From the IMG/VR virus record IMGVR_UViG_3300028585_000003, positions 3,302 to 67,301 of that record: a stretch of 64,000 bases of DNA. One strand, 5' to 3'. This DNA comes from a virus. Position 1 is the first letter of the stretch, and every line of letters begins with the position of its first letter. The notes beneath the pieces are model-generated. The model had not been told where the DNA came from, did no database searches, and worked only from the letters and a program-made list of their open reading frames with translations. The position numbers were made by a program, and so were the translations under genes. Below, one piece after another: positions 27,341-35,386 of the stretch.

Positions 27341-27370
27341 ATTGTATGCGCTCAAAATGTGGCGGGTCAA
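27341..27370 (-). promoter_or_regulatory. sigma70 promoter with TGAGCGCA spacer motif
   Basis: TTGACC-18-TACAAT. Confidence 0.7.
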
Positions 27371-27391
27371 GCGGAATATGCAGCAGGCAAC

Positions 27392-27415
27392 AAAAAGCCC
27401 GGTCGGTGCCGGGCT
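27392..27415 (-). terminator. Intrinsic terminator
   Basis: AGCCCGG stem plus T5 on minus strand. Confidence 0.65.
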
Positions 27416-27426
27416 GGTGCTGCTGG

Positions 27427-27966
27427 TCAGCGACGCCGTGACTTGGCGCGCAGCTTGTCCAGCTCGTACTGTTCGCGCTCATCGGGGCGAAGCGGCGCTT
27501 CCAGGGCCGCCAGCACTGCCGCGCGCAGCGCTTCCATGCCGCCACGGTCGCGCATGTGTCGGAACCGCTCGAACTGGGCGCGCAGCGGCACCATGGAGCC
27601 CTCGATTTCGCTGTTTTTCTTGTCGTCCGCTTCCATCTTGCGCGCCCGGTCGGCCACCTCGGCTGCGCCGTCGAGCGCTTCCCATGCAATCTGGTCGCCA
27701 CCGTCCGGCCAGCGGCGCACGAACTTGAGGTTCGCGGAGAGCCCGGCCGCCTGCGTTTCGCTGAAACTCGCGCCGGAATAGACGCCGCCGACGCTGCGGT
27801 GCGCCTTGCGGTCGAACATGAACAGGCGCTCGTCCATCAGCGTGCCGTCGTCGGCAATGGCGCGCACGGAAAAGGCGAGCTTTCCGTTGATAAGGTGGCG
27901 GCGGCCGCAGTAAACGAATTCGCGCGGCGTCAGGACTGGTTCGGTGGGTGGTGGTGTCGTGGTCAT
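27427..27966 (-). CDS. Hypothetical protein
   Basis: 179-aa ORF with coiled-coil C-terminus. Confidence 0.55.
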   Translation of the reverse strand: MTTTPPPTEPVLTPREFVYCGRRHLINGKLAFSVRAIADDGTLMDERLFMFDRKAHRSVGGVYSGASFSETQAAGLSANLKFVRRWPDGGDQIAWEALDGAAEVADRARKMEADDKKNSEIEGSMVPLRAQFERFRHMRDRGGMEALRAAVLAALEAPLRPDEREQYELDKLRAKSRRR

Positions 27967-27981
27967 GGTGATGAGGTGAGG

Positions 27982-28575
27982 TTAAACAGGGACCGGCGAG
28001 GGGCGCGCGCCCTTGATGCGCAGGATGGTTTGCCGGGACACGCGCATATCGCGCGCGATTTCGGAGATTCCCACGCCCGCATCCAGCAGGCCGTGGACAA
28101 GCTGCTTGTCGTTGTCGCCCAGCGCTGGCGGGCGGCCGAACTTCTTTCCCTCTTTCTTCGCGCGGGCAAGGCCAGCATTGGTGCGCTCGATGAGTAAGTC
28201 CCGCTCGAACTCGGCCACGGCCGCGATAACGCCCATGGTCATCTTGCCTGCGGCGCTGGTCAGGTCTATGTTGCCCAAGGCGAGGCAGGACACGCGCACG
28301 CCGGATGCTTCCAGGCGCTCGACGGTGGCGCGCAAGTCCATCGCGTTGCGGCCCAGGCGGTCCAGCTTAGTCACCACAAGCACGTCATCGCGCTCCAGGC
28401 GGTCGAGCAGCTTGACGAAGCCGGGGCGCTCGTTCGCGGCGCTGGACCCGCTGATAGTCTCGGTGATGATGCGGCGCTCGTCCAGGGCGAAGCCTGCGGC
28501 CTTGATTTCGCCGATCTGGTTGTCGGTGGTCTGGTCGCCGGTCGATACGCGGCAGTAGGCAAATACTCGGCTCAT
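27982..28575 (-). CDS. Small serine recombinase (PinR/PinQ-like resolvase/invertase)
   Basis: YCRVST catalytic Ser, [25 protein letters not shown]-terminal HTH. Confidence 0.92.
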   Translation of the reverse strand: MSRVFAYCRVSTGDQTTDNQIGEIKAAGFALDERRIITETISGSSAANERPGFVKLLDRLERDDVLVVTKLDRLGRNAMDLRATVERLEASGVRVSCLALGNIDLTSAAGKMTMGVIAAVAEFERDLLIERTNAGLARAKKEGKKFGRPPALGDNDKQLVHGLLDAGVGISEIARDMRVSRQTILRIKGARPSPVPV

Positions 28576-28862
28576 TTTTCAACAATCTCCCATATGTCCA
28601 GCCAAGCGCTATCCCAGGCTTCGACTTTACGAATTAGCCCTTTCTTGCCGAGATAGCGGAAGGCCGCGACGGCTTGATCGAGCGTGTAAATTTTGCGCTC
28701 CGTGCCCGCTGGCACGGCCAGCAGGTTCATCCACGAAAGAGCCATCACTGGCGTAATGCGAGGAATCCCCATGCCATCGGTGCGCGTGATGACGAATGCC
28801 GCGCTGCCGACGGCGGTTTGCCGACGGACGCGCTTGTTGGCGAACTGTTGCAGGGCGCTCAT
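28572..28862 (-). CDS. Hypothetical protein
   Basis: Overlap coupling. Confidence 0.5.
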   Translation of the reverse strand: MSALQQFANKRVRRQTAVGSAAFVITRTDGMGIPRITPVMALSWMNLLAVPAGTERKIYTLDQAVAAFRYLGKKGLIRKVEAWDSAWLDIWEIVEK

Positions 28863-29869
28863 CCCTTGATCGCCTTGGTCACGTTGACCGGGCTCATCCT
28901 GACCTCGGCAGGCCCGAGATACAGCTTGTAGCTGCCTTCGCCCAGCGCCTTGTCCGTCTCAGTGTACGAGCGCGTCAACAGGCTCAAGCCGGTGCTGCTA
29001 ATCGTCAGTTCGGCCACATGCTCGGGCTGGTTGGCGCTTCCCTCGGCAGGCTGGGCGGCGATCAGCGCTTTTGCGCGCAATACGATGCAATCGGGCTTGT
29101 GGTCTTCGTGGTCGTCCAGATCGGCGTCGCAGCCGTAGCAAAACAAGCGCTCTTGATTGTCCGTGCCGGTGTAGTGGTCGGCTACGGCTTGCACGAACTC
29201 ACGCACGTTCTCTGGCAGGGCCGGGGCGGCTTGCCCTGCACGGTAGACTTGCATGGCGTTCTGCTCCTTCGCGCTGTCGAACAGCGGGCAGAAGCTGGCG
29301 TGCGTGATGCTGTTGCCGTGGCACTTGTGGCACTTCGGATGCCCTGCGCTGGCAGGTGCAGGGGTGGCGTTGATGTTCACATTTCCAGATTTGTTGAGCA
29401 CAACGTCGCTTGACGTGCATTCGTTGAACACATCGCCACCAGCAGCACGGCGGGATGCGGCGAGGCCGACTGCGACCGCTTCATCGTACCCAGCGCCGAC
29501 TCGGGATGCTTCGTGGAATGCCTGTTTGAACTTCGCCACATCTGCAATATCCGCTACCTGCGGGGATGGGGTGGCGAGAGCCTTCAATTCGTCGGCGCGT
29601 GCCAGGACCAGATCGGCGGCAGCGTGGCGCGCGTCGCGGTGGCCGGTAGCGTAGCCGGTTGCATAGTCATCGCCCGGTTCTGCCTGATAGACGGGAGGCA
29701 GGTTCATAATCGCAGTCGGGATCGTGAGCACGTCAGCAGCAGGGATGGTAGGCTTCACGCCCTGCATCGCATCTGCCACTTCGATAGCTGCATTGCGCCC
29801 GATAGGCTGGCCGTGGTCGCACAGTACGGCTGCGCCTGCGGTGATCTGGTCGTTCGTGAGGGTGGTCAT
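28859..29869 (-). CDS. Mosaic hypothetical phage protein with Cys/His clusters
   Basis: CHKCHG-HASFC and CYGC-HKPDC. Confidence 0.55.
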   Translation of the reverse strand: MTTLTNDQITAGAAVLCDHGQPIGRNAAIEVADAMQGVKPTIPAADVLTIPTAIMNLPPVYQAEPGDDYATGYATGHRDARHAAADLVLARADELKALATPSPQVADIADVAKFKQAFHEASRVGAGYDEAVAVGLAASRRAAGGDVFNECTSSDVVLNKSGNVNINATPAPASAGHPKCHKCHGNSITHASFCPLFDSAKEQNAMQVYRAGQAAPALPENVREFVQAVADHYTGTDNQERLFCYGCDADLDDHEDHKPDCIVLRAKALIAAQPAEGSANQPEHVAELTISSTGLSLLTRSYTETDKALGEGSYKLYLGPAEVRMSPVNVTKAIKG

Positions 29870-29880
29870 GGGCATTCCGG

Positions 29881-30015
29881 TCAAAAGTAAGTTTCGTCAG
29901 GCTGGGCGGCGTGCTCCCATGGAGCGCCCAGCCCGTCGTGGGTGTCGAACTCGGGGCCGGTGGTGTTCGGCCATTCGAGCGCGCCGCCACTAGCAGGGGT
30001 AGGGGTGGTGCTCAT
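29881..30015 (-). CDS. 44-aa acidic peptide ending PDETYF
   Basis: ATG overlapping upstream TGA; not in ORF track. Confidence 0.4.
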   Translation of the reverse strand: MSTTPTPASGGALEWPNTTGPEFDTHDGLGAPWEHAAQPDETYF

Positions 30016-30239
30016 GCGTCGGCCGCTTTCTCGACAACGGCGCGCTCTTTCCCGGTGATCTGGAAGTACAGCGCCATGGTGTGGTCGCCGAAGCGAATGC
30101 GCCAGCGCAGTTGCTCATCGTCGCGGTGCGTCTCGTACTCCACCGTGCCGCGCTGGCCCGATGCCGTGGTCATGGTGTCGCCTTCGTGGATCGTGGTCCC
30201 GGCGTAGTCCGGCCAGGGTGCGGTGCGTGCAGTTTTCAT
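30012..30239 (-). CDS. Small SH3/YopX-like hypothetical protein
   Basis: DYAGTTIHEGD...GTVEY. Confidence 0.45.
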   Translation of the reverse strand: MKTARTAPWPDYAGTTIHEGDTMTTASGQRGTVEYETHRDDEQLRWRIRFGDHTMALYFQITGKERAVVEKAADA

Positions 30240-30547
30240 GTGGGTTCTCCGGTGGTGGTGAATCCGAAAGCAGCGTCAAGCCCTTCATCCTGGCCGACGG
30301 CGTAGTGTTTGGTGCTGCGGCCGCAGAATGGGCAATAGCTGGCCGAAATGGTCGTCATCTTGCCCTTGGTGAAGCCCTTGGCCGGGCTGGTGACGCGGAA
30401 GGGGATATTTACCGCCATGCGCAGGCCCAGCTCGGGCGTCAACTGGATGGCGGTGGCGGTGCATTCCACCTTGGCACCTTCTCCAGCGCGGTCACGCACG
30501 AACACGGCAAGGCGTTTTTCGGTGTCGGCGATGCAGGTGCAGTTCAT
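30236..30547 (-). CDS. Small Zn-binding phage protein
   Basis: MNCTC...SYCPFCG. Confidence 0.6.
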   Translation of the reverse strand: MNCTCIADTEKRLAVFVRDRAGEGAKVECTATAIQLTPELGLRMAVNIPFRVTSPAKGFTKGKMTTISASYCPFCGRSTKHYAVGQDEGLDAAFGFTTTGEPT

Positions 30548-31299
30548 GCCGCGCTCCCGTCGTCGTCCAGGCCCAGCTCGTCCGCAATGTCGCTCAGGAG
30601 GCAGCGGCCATCGCAATCAGTGCCGTCATAGTGGGCTTCTTCGTAGAGCAGGTTCAGCGCATACCCGGCTTTGGCCTGCTGTTGCAGTAGATCGTATGCG
30701 GCCTTCAACAGAATGGCCTTGCGGTCCTTCTGTTCGCTTGCTTCGGTGACTGGCAGCCCGGCCGCCTTGTCTATGGCAGCATCCCATTCCTCGGCGGTCG
30801 GCTCGCGAGACTGGCCCACGTCGGCGGGCAGCGCCACGGCCATCGCGTCGAGGAATTTCTGATCCGAGATCAGCATGGCGTCGCGCCATGCGATGTAGCG
30901 CGCGGCGTTCTGTTCGGCCGGGTGGACGCGGTGCCAGAGGGCGTCCGCTTCGCGCTTGAAGCGCAGCGCCATTTCCCGGTCGGTTTCGCCGGTCGCGTTC
31001 GCTGGCGCTGGTCGGGCGTCACGGACGGCGCGCAGCACCTTTTCCGCGTCCGGGTTGAGCCAGTCGCGGCGCTCGGGCAGCGCGCCCAGCAGCTCGCCCA
31101 GCGCCCAGTGCAGCAGGTTTTGCACGGCGCTCGCCGGGGCGGGCTTCGAGGCGGCGGCGATCAGTTTCGCCAGCTCGACCAGCTCCCCGGAACTGTAGTT
31201 CTGCGCGTTCGGCACGCCCATGCGGTCCAGCATGGCGCGCGCCGCCTGTTCTGCGCTGTATTTGATGGCATTCACTGCCGTTGCGGTCTGGTTGCTCAT
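30544..31299 (-). CDS. Mosaic hypothetical phage protein
   Basis: 251-aa ORF; overlap coupling. Confidence 0.55.
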   Translation of the reverse strand: MSNQTATAVNAIKYSAEQAARAMLDRMGVPNAQNYSSGELVELAKLIAAASKPAPASAVQNLLHWALGELLGALPERRDWLNPDAEKVLRAVRDARPAPANATGETDREMALRFKREADALWHRVHPAEQNAARYIAWRDAMLISDQKFLDAMAVALPADVGQSREPTAEEWDAAIDKAAGLPVTEASEQKDRKAILLKAAYDLLQQQAKAGYALNLLYEEAHYDGTDCDGRCLLSDIADELGLDDDGSAA

Positions 31300-31808
31300 G
31301 CTTTTTCTCCAGTAGGGGTGATGGCTTCAACGGGAATGAAGATTTCATGCACGCGCGGGTGTTCGAGGAAGGTCGGTTTAACGATGACGCGCATACCCTT
31401 GCCCATGGTGCCGAACAGTCCGTATGCCTTCCAGTTGCATACCTTGCCGTCACGCTCGATGCCGGTGTTGCACGCGCTGTAGTTGGTCGAGTGGCCGCCG
31501 CAGGCCGGGCAAACGTACTTGCCGGAAGGGTAGGCGGCTGCGAACGCTTCGAGCGATTCCAGCACCGTTACGTCATCCAGGCGCGGGAAATTGGCGTCCT
31601 GGTAGTAGTTCGGCGCGGTCACGTTGCGCTTGGCTTCGATGGCGGCCAGCACCTCGTCCGGGGTGAGGCCCAGCACGGCCGAGTATTCCGGCAGCACGCG
31701 GTCGAGCAGGGCTTGCACCTCGCCGATTCGCTGTTCGGCCAGCCGGACGGAATTGTTCTTGTGGATCGACGCGGCGATTTTCTGGATGATTTCTACGGTA
31801 GTGGTCAT
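31296..31808 (-). CDS. Phage protein with Zn-ribbon (CPACG...CNWKAYGLF)
   Basis: YYQDANFP, CPACGG motifs. Confidence 0.6.
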   Translation of the reverse strand: MTTTVEIIQKIAASIHKNNSVRLAEQRIGEVQALLDRVLPEYSAVLGLTPDEVLAAIEAKRNVTAPNYYQDANFPRLDDVTVLESLEAFAAAYPSGKYVCPACGGHSTNYSACNTGIERDGKVCNWKAYGLFGTMGKGMRVIVKPTFLEHPRVHEIFIPVEAITPTGEKA

Positions 31809-31861
31809 TTTGTGTCCGAAATGGGTATCCGAATAATACAGGGTGTCCGAAATAAAGCAAG

Positions 31862-32032
31862 CTAGGTTTTGAGCAGCCTTGCAGCGCGTGTCCGCAAGCG
31901 GTCGTTTTTGGTTTGCATGTCGAGGCGCACTTGTCGCATGCGTGCGCGGAGTCGCTTCAAGGCTGCCAGCCTTTCCGGCTGGACTTTGCCCCAGCCTTCG
32001 CGGCTCTTGGTTCGGCGTTGTCGTGCATTCAT
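31862..32032 (-). CDS. Small basic helical protein
   Basis: GGAGA RBS; first gene after promoter 32104. Confidence 0.5.
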   Translation of the reverse strand: MNARQRRTKSREGWGKVQPERLAALKRLRARMRQVRLDMQTKNDRLRTRAARLLKT

Positions 32033-32074
32033 GGCGTTCTCCGTTGCCGCGCACAGTGCGCTGCATTGATACGA

Positions 32075-32104
32075 ATTATATGCGCTCATAAAGTGATTCG
32101 TCAA
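32075..32104 (-). promoter_or_regulatory. sigma70 promoter with TGAGCGCA spacer motif
   Basis: TTGACG-18-TATAAT. Confidence 0.75.
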
Positions 32105-32110
32105 TAGGTG

Positions 32111-32135
32111 AAAAAAAGCCCGCGCATGGCGGGCT
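32111..32135 (-). terminator. Intrinsic terminator
   Basis: AGCCCGC stem plus T7 on minus strand. Confidence 0.7.
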
Positions 32136-32152
32136 GGTAGCGGGGCGCTGGC

Positions 32153-32491
32153 TTATTTCTTGGCGCTGTCCTGGAGGATTTTTCTCGCGTCCGGCAGCTG
32201 ACGGGACAGCGCGCGCCATGCGCTGTGCTCGCCGAGCAGCTTGTGCTTGTTCTCCGGGGCGGCCTGCGCCAGTTCGGCGTCGAGCTTGCCCATGCGCCCG
32301 AGGGCGATACCGGCCATGAGGACCGCGTTATCGTGCTCGACCTCGACCATTACGGCCCCGGTCTTGTCGGCGCGCCCAGCCGCCTGTTCGGCGTCGATCC
32401 GCTTCATGGTTTCGCCGCCCGGTATTTCGACGCGCAGCAGCTCGGCCATCTTCTTGCTGATTTTCAGGTTCGATGGGGTGGTTGTGCTCAT
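32153..32491 (-). CDS. Hypothetical protein
   Basis: AAGGAA RBS; 112 aa. Confidence 0.6.
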   Translation of the reverse strand: MSTTTPSNLKISKKMAELLRVEIPGGETMKRIDAEQAAGRADKTGAVMVEVEHDNAVLMAGIALGRMGKLDAELAQAAPENKHKLLGEHSAWRALSRQLPDARKILQDSAKK

Positions 32492-32507
32492 TGGTTCCTT
32501 GTAGTGG

Positions 32508-32744
32508 TTATTGCGGGGTGGTGGTAATAGGTGCCTTCGCGTAAAGAGCCTTCGCTTCGGCGATGGTATCGGTCAGTGCAACATGGCGGCCCAGCTCGTC
32601 GGTTGGGCGTTCGATAAGGCTGATGATGCGCGCCAGCGTGCCGCTCACGTCGCCGTAGGCGGGGAGGCCGACAGAGGTAAGGATCAGGTCGGCGCGCTCG
32701 ATGGCGTGGTCTTGAGGGTCCGTGGTGCCCGAGTCTTGTTTCAT
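32508..32744 (-). CDS. Hypothetical protein
   Basis: GGAGA RBS; 78 aa. Confidence 0.55.
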   Translation of the reverse strand: MKQDSGTTDPQDHAIERADLILTSVGLPAYGDVSGTLARIISLIERPTDELGRHVALTDTIAEAKALYAKAPITTTPQ

Positions 32745-32784
32745 GCGGTTCTCCAGGTGTGCCCGGCGCGCGCCGGGCGGTTGG

Positions 32785-33015
32785 TTACGCGGCGGGTTCG
32801 TCGCTGGTGATCCAGATGGTTTTGCCCTTGTAGCGCGCCAGCTCGGGCAGGTTCGCGCGGTAGCACAGGTCTTGATATGCGCTCTTGGTCAGGAAGATGA
32901 TGACAGAGCCCTTTGCGTTGGCCTCGGCCACGGCCTGGTTGGCGATGGCGGTCCCGTTCAGGTCGGTGGCGGCAGTGAGGGCGGCGGCGATCATGGCAGC
33001 GATATTAGTTTTCAT
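32785..33015 (-). CDS. Hypothetical protein
   Basis: MKTNIAAM... Confidence 0.5.
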   Translation of the reverse strand: MKTNIAAMIAAALTAATDLNGTAIANQAVAEANAKGSVIIFLTKSAYQDLCYRANLPELARYKGKTIWITSDEPAA

Positions 33016-33142
33016 AGTCACCTGCGATCAAGCGCGCCGCCGTGAAGAACAGCGAATTGATGATGGCGGCCGGGCCGTGCTTGGCGGCCAGCTCGTTACG
33101 GTCAGCGACAGTTTTGGTCAGGATCAGGGCGGTGATGCTCAT
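33005..33142 (-). CDS. 45-aa hypothetical protein
   Basis: GGAG RBS; first gene after promoter 33206; not in ORF track. Confidence 0.45.
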   Translation of the reverse strand: MSITALILTKTVADRNELAAKHGPAAIINSLFFTAARLIAGDYEN

Positions 33143-33176
33143 GCGGCAGGGCTCCGTGCTGGGTTATAGTGATTCG

Positions 33177-33206
33177 ATTGTATGCGCTCAAAAATATATT
33201 CGTCAA
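33177..33206 (-). promoter_or_regulatory. sigma70 promoter with TGAGCGCA spacer motif
   Basis: TTGACG-18-TACAAT. Confidence 0.75.
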
Positions 33207-33244
33207 CCTATAAATATATCTTTGTGCCTATATTTTTCGACAGC

Positions 33245-33287
33245 TAGGAAAACTCGGCCAGGGCGTCCAGGCGGCACCTTTTACAGT
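33245..33287 (+). promoter_or_regulatory. Candidate late promoter TAGGAAAA-N29-TACAGT
   Basis: Same geometry as four other sites ahead of virion operons. Confidence 0.6.
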
Positions 33288-33390
33288 GGCTTCACCAACG
33301 GCGGAACTCCGTGGGCACCGAGCGCAAAGCCGTGCAGAACATCGCACGGTAGGAAGGCGGATTTGCGCACCCTTCATGGTTATGGAGAAC

Positions 33391-33439
33391 TCGACAATAT
33401 TTTTTCTATTGTCGATTTCCCTTTAAAATCAACGGGTTA
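33391..33439. promoter_or_regulatory. Inverted repeat TCGACAATA-N7-TATTGTCGA and IHF consensus AATCAACGGGTTA next to dif-like site
   Basis: IR 33391-33415; WATCAANNNNTTR match 33427-33439. Confidence 0.5.
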
Positions 33440-33465
33440 GGTGCATAATCTATCTTATGTTAAAT
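33438..33465 (+). other. dif-like XerC/XerD recombination site
   Basis: TAGGTGCATAA-TCTATC-TTATGTTAAAT: XerD arm identical to canonical dif, XerC arm keeps GCATAA, 6-bp centre. Confidence 0.85.
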
Positions 33466-33486
33466 CACACATCGAAAGAATTCACA

Positions 33487-33723
33487 ATGTTGCAGCATCG
33501 CCCGACGTTTAGCAATGTCCTCGTTTTCTCCCTGGTATTCGCGGCACTACTCGCGGGCATGGGCGGCATCCTCCGTATGGAAGCCCTCGCCCTTCCGCAG
33601 TTCGCAGCAGGCATGTTTACCGGCGTATGGTCCCTGTGGGGCGCATCCCTGGCACTGGATATGTTCGCGTGCTGGCGCAAGCGCCGCGCCGAGTGCCGTG
33701 ACAACGCCTCATCCCTCGATTAA
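33487..33723 (+). CDS. Two-TM membrane protein (holin-like size)
   Basis: Two hydrophobic helices, basic C-terminus; ATG 33457 lies inside the XerD arm so 33487 preferred. Confidence 0.5.
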   Translation: MLQHRPTFSNVLVFSLVFAALLAGMGGILRMEALALPQFAAGMFTGVWSLWGASLALDMFACWRKRRAECRDNASSLD

Positions 33724-33738
33724 GAAAGAATCGACAAC

Positions 33739-34098
33739 ATGACTTACCGCATCGTCCACGCCATCGCATTCACCCTTATGTACCTCGCCATCATGGCGCT
33801 GTGCTCGTTCAAAGGCTGGACCTCGTTCGCTTCCGGCGCGACGGCGGCCATGCTCGCTTTCACCCTGGCCGATATTGCGGCCGCTGCCGTGCGCGAATGG
33901 CGCAATGGCCGTGCGGCGCGTCCCACCCGAGCGCAGGACGTGTGCATGCCTATGGATGAAGTCGAGCGCCGCCAGCGTGAAACGAATGGCTGGTGGTATT
34001 TCGTGATCCTGGTGTGCCTGTCCGGCTGGCTGTCCGTCGAGCTGCTGCGCATGGCCGTGCCCGCATTCGTTGACGCCATGGCGTCGCTGTTCTCGTAG
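33739..34098 (+). CDS. Three-TM membrane protein
   Basis: Three hydrophobic segments. Confidence 0.6.
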   Translation: MTYRIVHAIAFTLMYLAIMALCSFKGWTSFASGATAAMLAFTLADIAAAAVREWRNGRAARPTRAQDVCMPMDEVERRQRETNGWWYFVILVCLSGWLSVELLRMAVPAFVDAMASLFS

Positions 34099-34125
34099 TC
34101 CTACCTCAACCGAAAAGGAGTGTTT

Positions 34126-34419
34126 ATGGTCCGTCACCGTAGCCGAACGATGTTCCTCGCCGCCGCGCTGGCCTGCGCCGCCCTGAGCGCCAGCGTGGCC
34201 GCCAGCGCCACCGAATACCGGCCTGCCGCGAGCTGGAAAGCCCCCGCCGCCCAGGCCGCCCCGGTAATGCCTGCCCTGGTCGCGGAAGTGCCCGCCGTCG
34301 CCCTGGTGGCGGTCGTCGCGAGCATGGCCGTGGTGCCGGTGCCCGTCGGCCCGGTGGTCGCAGGTTCGAGCAATCCGATCCCCACCCAGCCGCGCGAGAA
34401 GCCGCGATTGTGGGCCTGA
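34126..34419 (+). CDS. Small exported/membrane Ala-Val-Pro-rich protein
   Basis: AAGGAG RBS; signal-peptide-like N-terminus. Confidence 0.55.
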   Translation: MVRHRSRTMFLAAALACAALSASVAASATEYRPAASWKAPAAQAAPVMPALVAEVPAVALVAVVASMAVVPVPVGPVVAGSSNPIPTQPREKPRLWA

Positions 34420-34449
34420 CCATGCGAAAGTAGAGAGAGCCCGAAAAGT

Positions 34450-34478
34450 AAAAAGCCCCGATGCGTTCGGGGCTTTTT
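34450..34478. terminator. Bidirectional intrinsic terminator
   Basis: A5-GCCCCG-loop-CGGGGC-T5 between convergent genes. Confidence 0.8.
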
Positions 34479-34480
34479 CG

Positions 34481-34849
34481 TTAGAACAGGGACATTTGCG
34501 GCGGTGATGCCGCTGGGGCTTGCGGAGCGGCCGCAGGCGGCGATTTCTCGGGCTTCGCGCCGGATTGGTAGCGCTCATGCAGTCGAAGCACCGTAGCGGC
34601 CATCCCGGCAATCCATGGGTCTTTCGGCAGGTGCATCCCGGTCGAGCCGTCCCAGTCGAAAAACTCCCGGTCGTAGAACGGCACGCGCTCCGGGTGCTGC
34701 TGCTGTAGTGTCACCAGCTCGTCGGCCCAGCGCTGCCAAGTGGCGTCGCTGACAATCGGGTTATCGAGCTGGTAGTACAGGTAGGAGTGGACGGCGAGCT
34801 GCTGGCGGCGCTGCCTGATACGCGCGGCGATACTCTGCGCGGCCGCCAT
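34481..34849 (-). CDS. Stand-alone NAD-dependent ligase domain Ia-like protein
   Basis: HSYLYYQLDNPIVSDATWQRW...QQHPE aligns with LigA [21 protein letters not shown]...TKHPE; no adenylation domain. Confidence 0.75.
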   Translation of the reverse strand: MAAAQSIAARIRQRRQQLAVHSYLYYQLDNPIVSDATWQRWADELVTLQQQHPERVPFYDREFFDWDGSTGMHLPKDPWIAGMAATVLRLHERYQSGAKPEKSPPAAAPQAPAASPPQMSLF

Positions 34850-35037
34850 CAGCCCACCCTTCCAGTGAAAACAACAGGGTTCGTCTCGCGCTCGGCCGCG
34901 TGCATCCAGAACAACTCATGTTCGAGGGCGTGGACGCGGTTCTTGAGCGTCGCGTTTTCCTTGGCGCTGGCGGCCAGCTCGCGCGCCAGCTCGACGGGCG
35001 TGCGGTACTTGAGCAGGTATTCGGCGAGCGTCATCAT
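34849..35037 (-). CDS. Small coiled-coil protein
   Basis: Overlap coupling. Confidence 0.5.
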   Translation of the reverse strand: MMTLAEYLLKYRTPVELARELAASAKENATLKNRVHALEHELFWMHAAERETNPVVFTGRVG

Positions 35038-35336
35038 TTCTGTGCCTCCGCCGCTTCCAGCTCGGCCAGCAGCTCGCGGCCCTTGCGTGTGATGTAGCGG
35101 CCGTCCAAATCTTGCGCGGCCAGCTCGCGCTTTTCCAGCGCGCGGGTGAACCGGCCAGCGGCAAGGGCGATGCCCTGCGGCGATGGGTGGCGCTTGCGCC
35201 CCTCTTTCTCTCCCGCGAACAAGGCATAGCCCAGGCCGGACAGGTAGGGGTAAGGGCCGTTGTCGCGCAGCAGCTCCAACGCCTTGCGTTCGTACTCGGA
35301 CAGGCTCTTGTCGGCCTGGAGTGATGCGTTACTCAT
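35034..35336 (-). CDS. Small wHTH-like protein
   Basis: FTRALEKRELA...YITRKGRELL. Confidence 0.5.
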   Translation of the reverse strand: MSNASLQADKSLSEYERKALELLRDNGPYPYLSGLGYALFAGEKEGRKRHPSPQGIALAAGRFTRALEKRELAAQDLDGRYITRKGRELLAELEAAEAQK

Positions 35337-35386
35337 GTGTCAGTTATCCGTCAATTTTTGTCAGTAAAATGTAAGTTTTCCGCAAG

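Noticed and set aside
29887-29894. Extra GTAAGTTT copy of the stb repeat
   Set aside because: Falls in the coding ETY of the 44-aa ORF; probably coincidental
33288-33375. Resemblance to a c-di-GMP-I riboswitch (CGCAAAGCC...GGTAGG)
   Set aside because: No GNRA-capped P2 or GGCAAAC element; kept only as an unexplained structured leader
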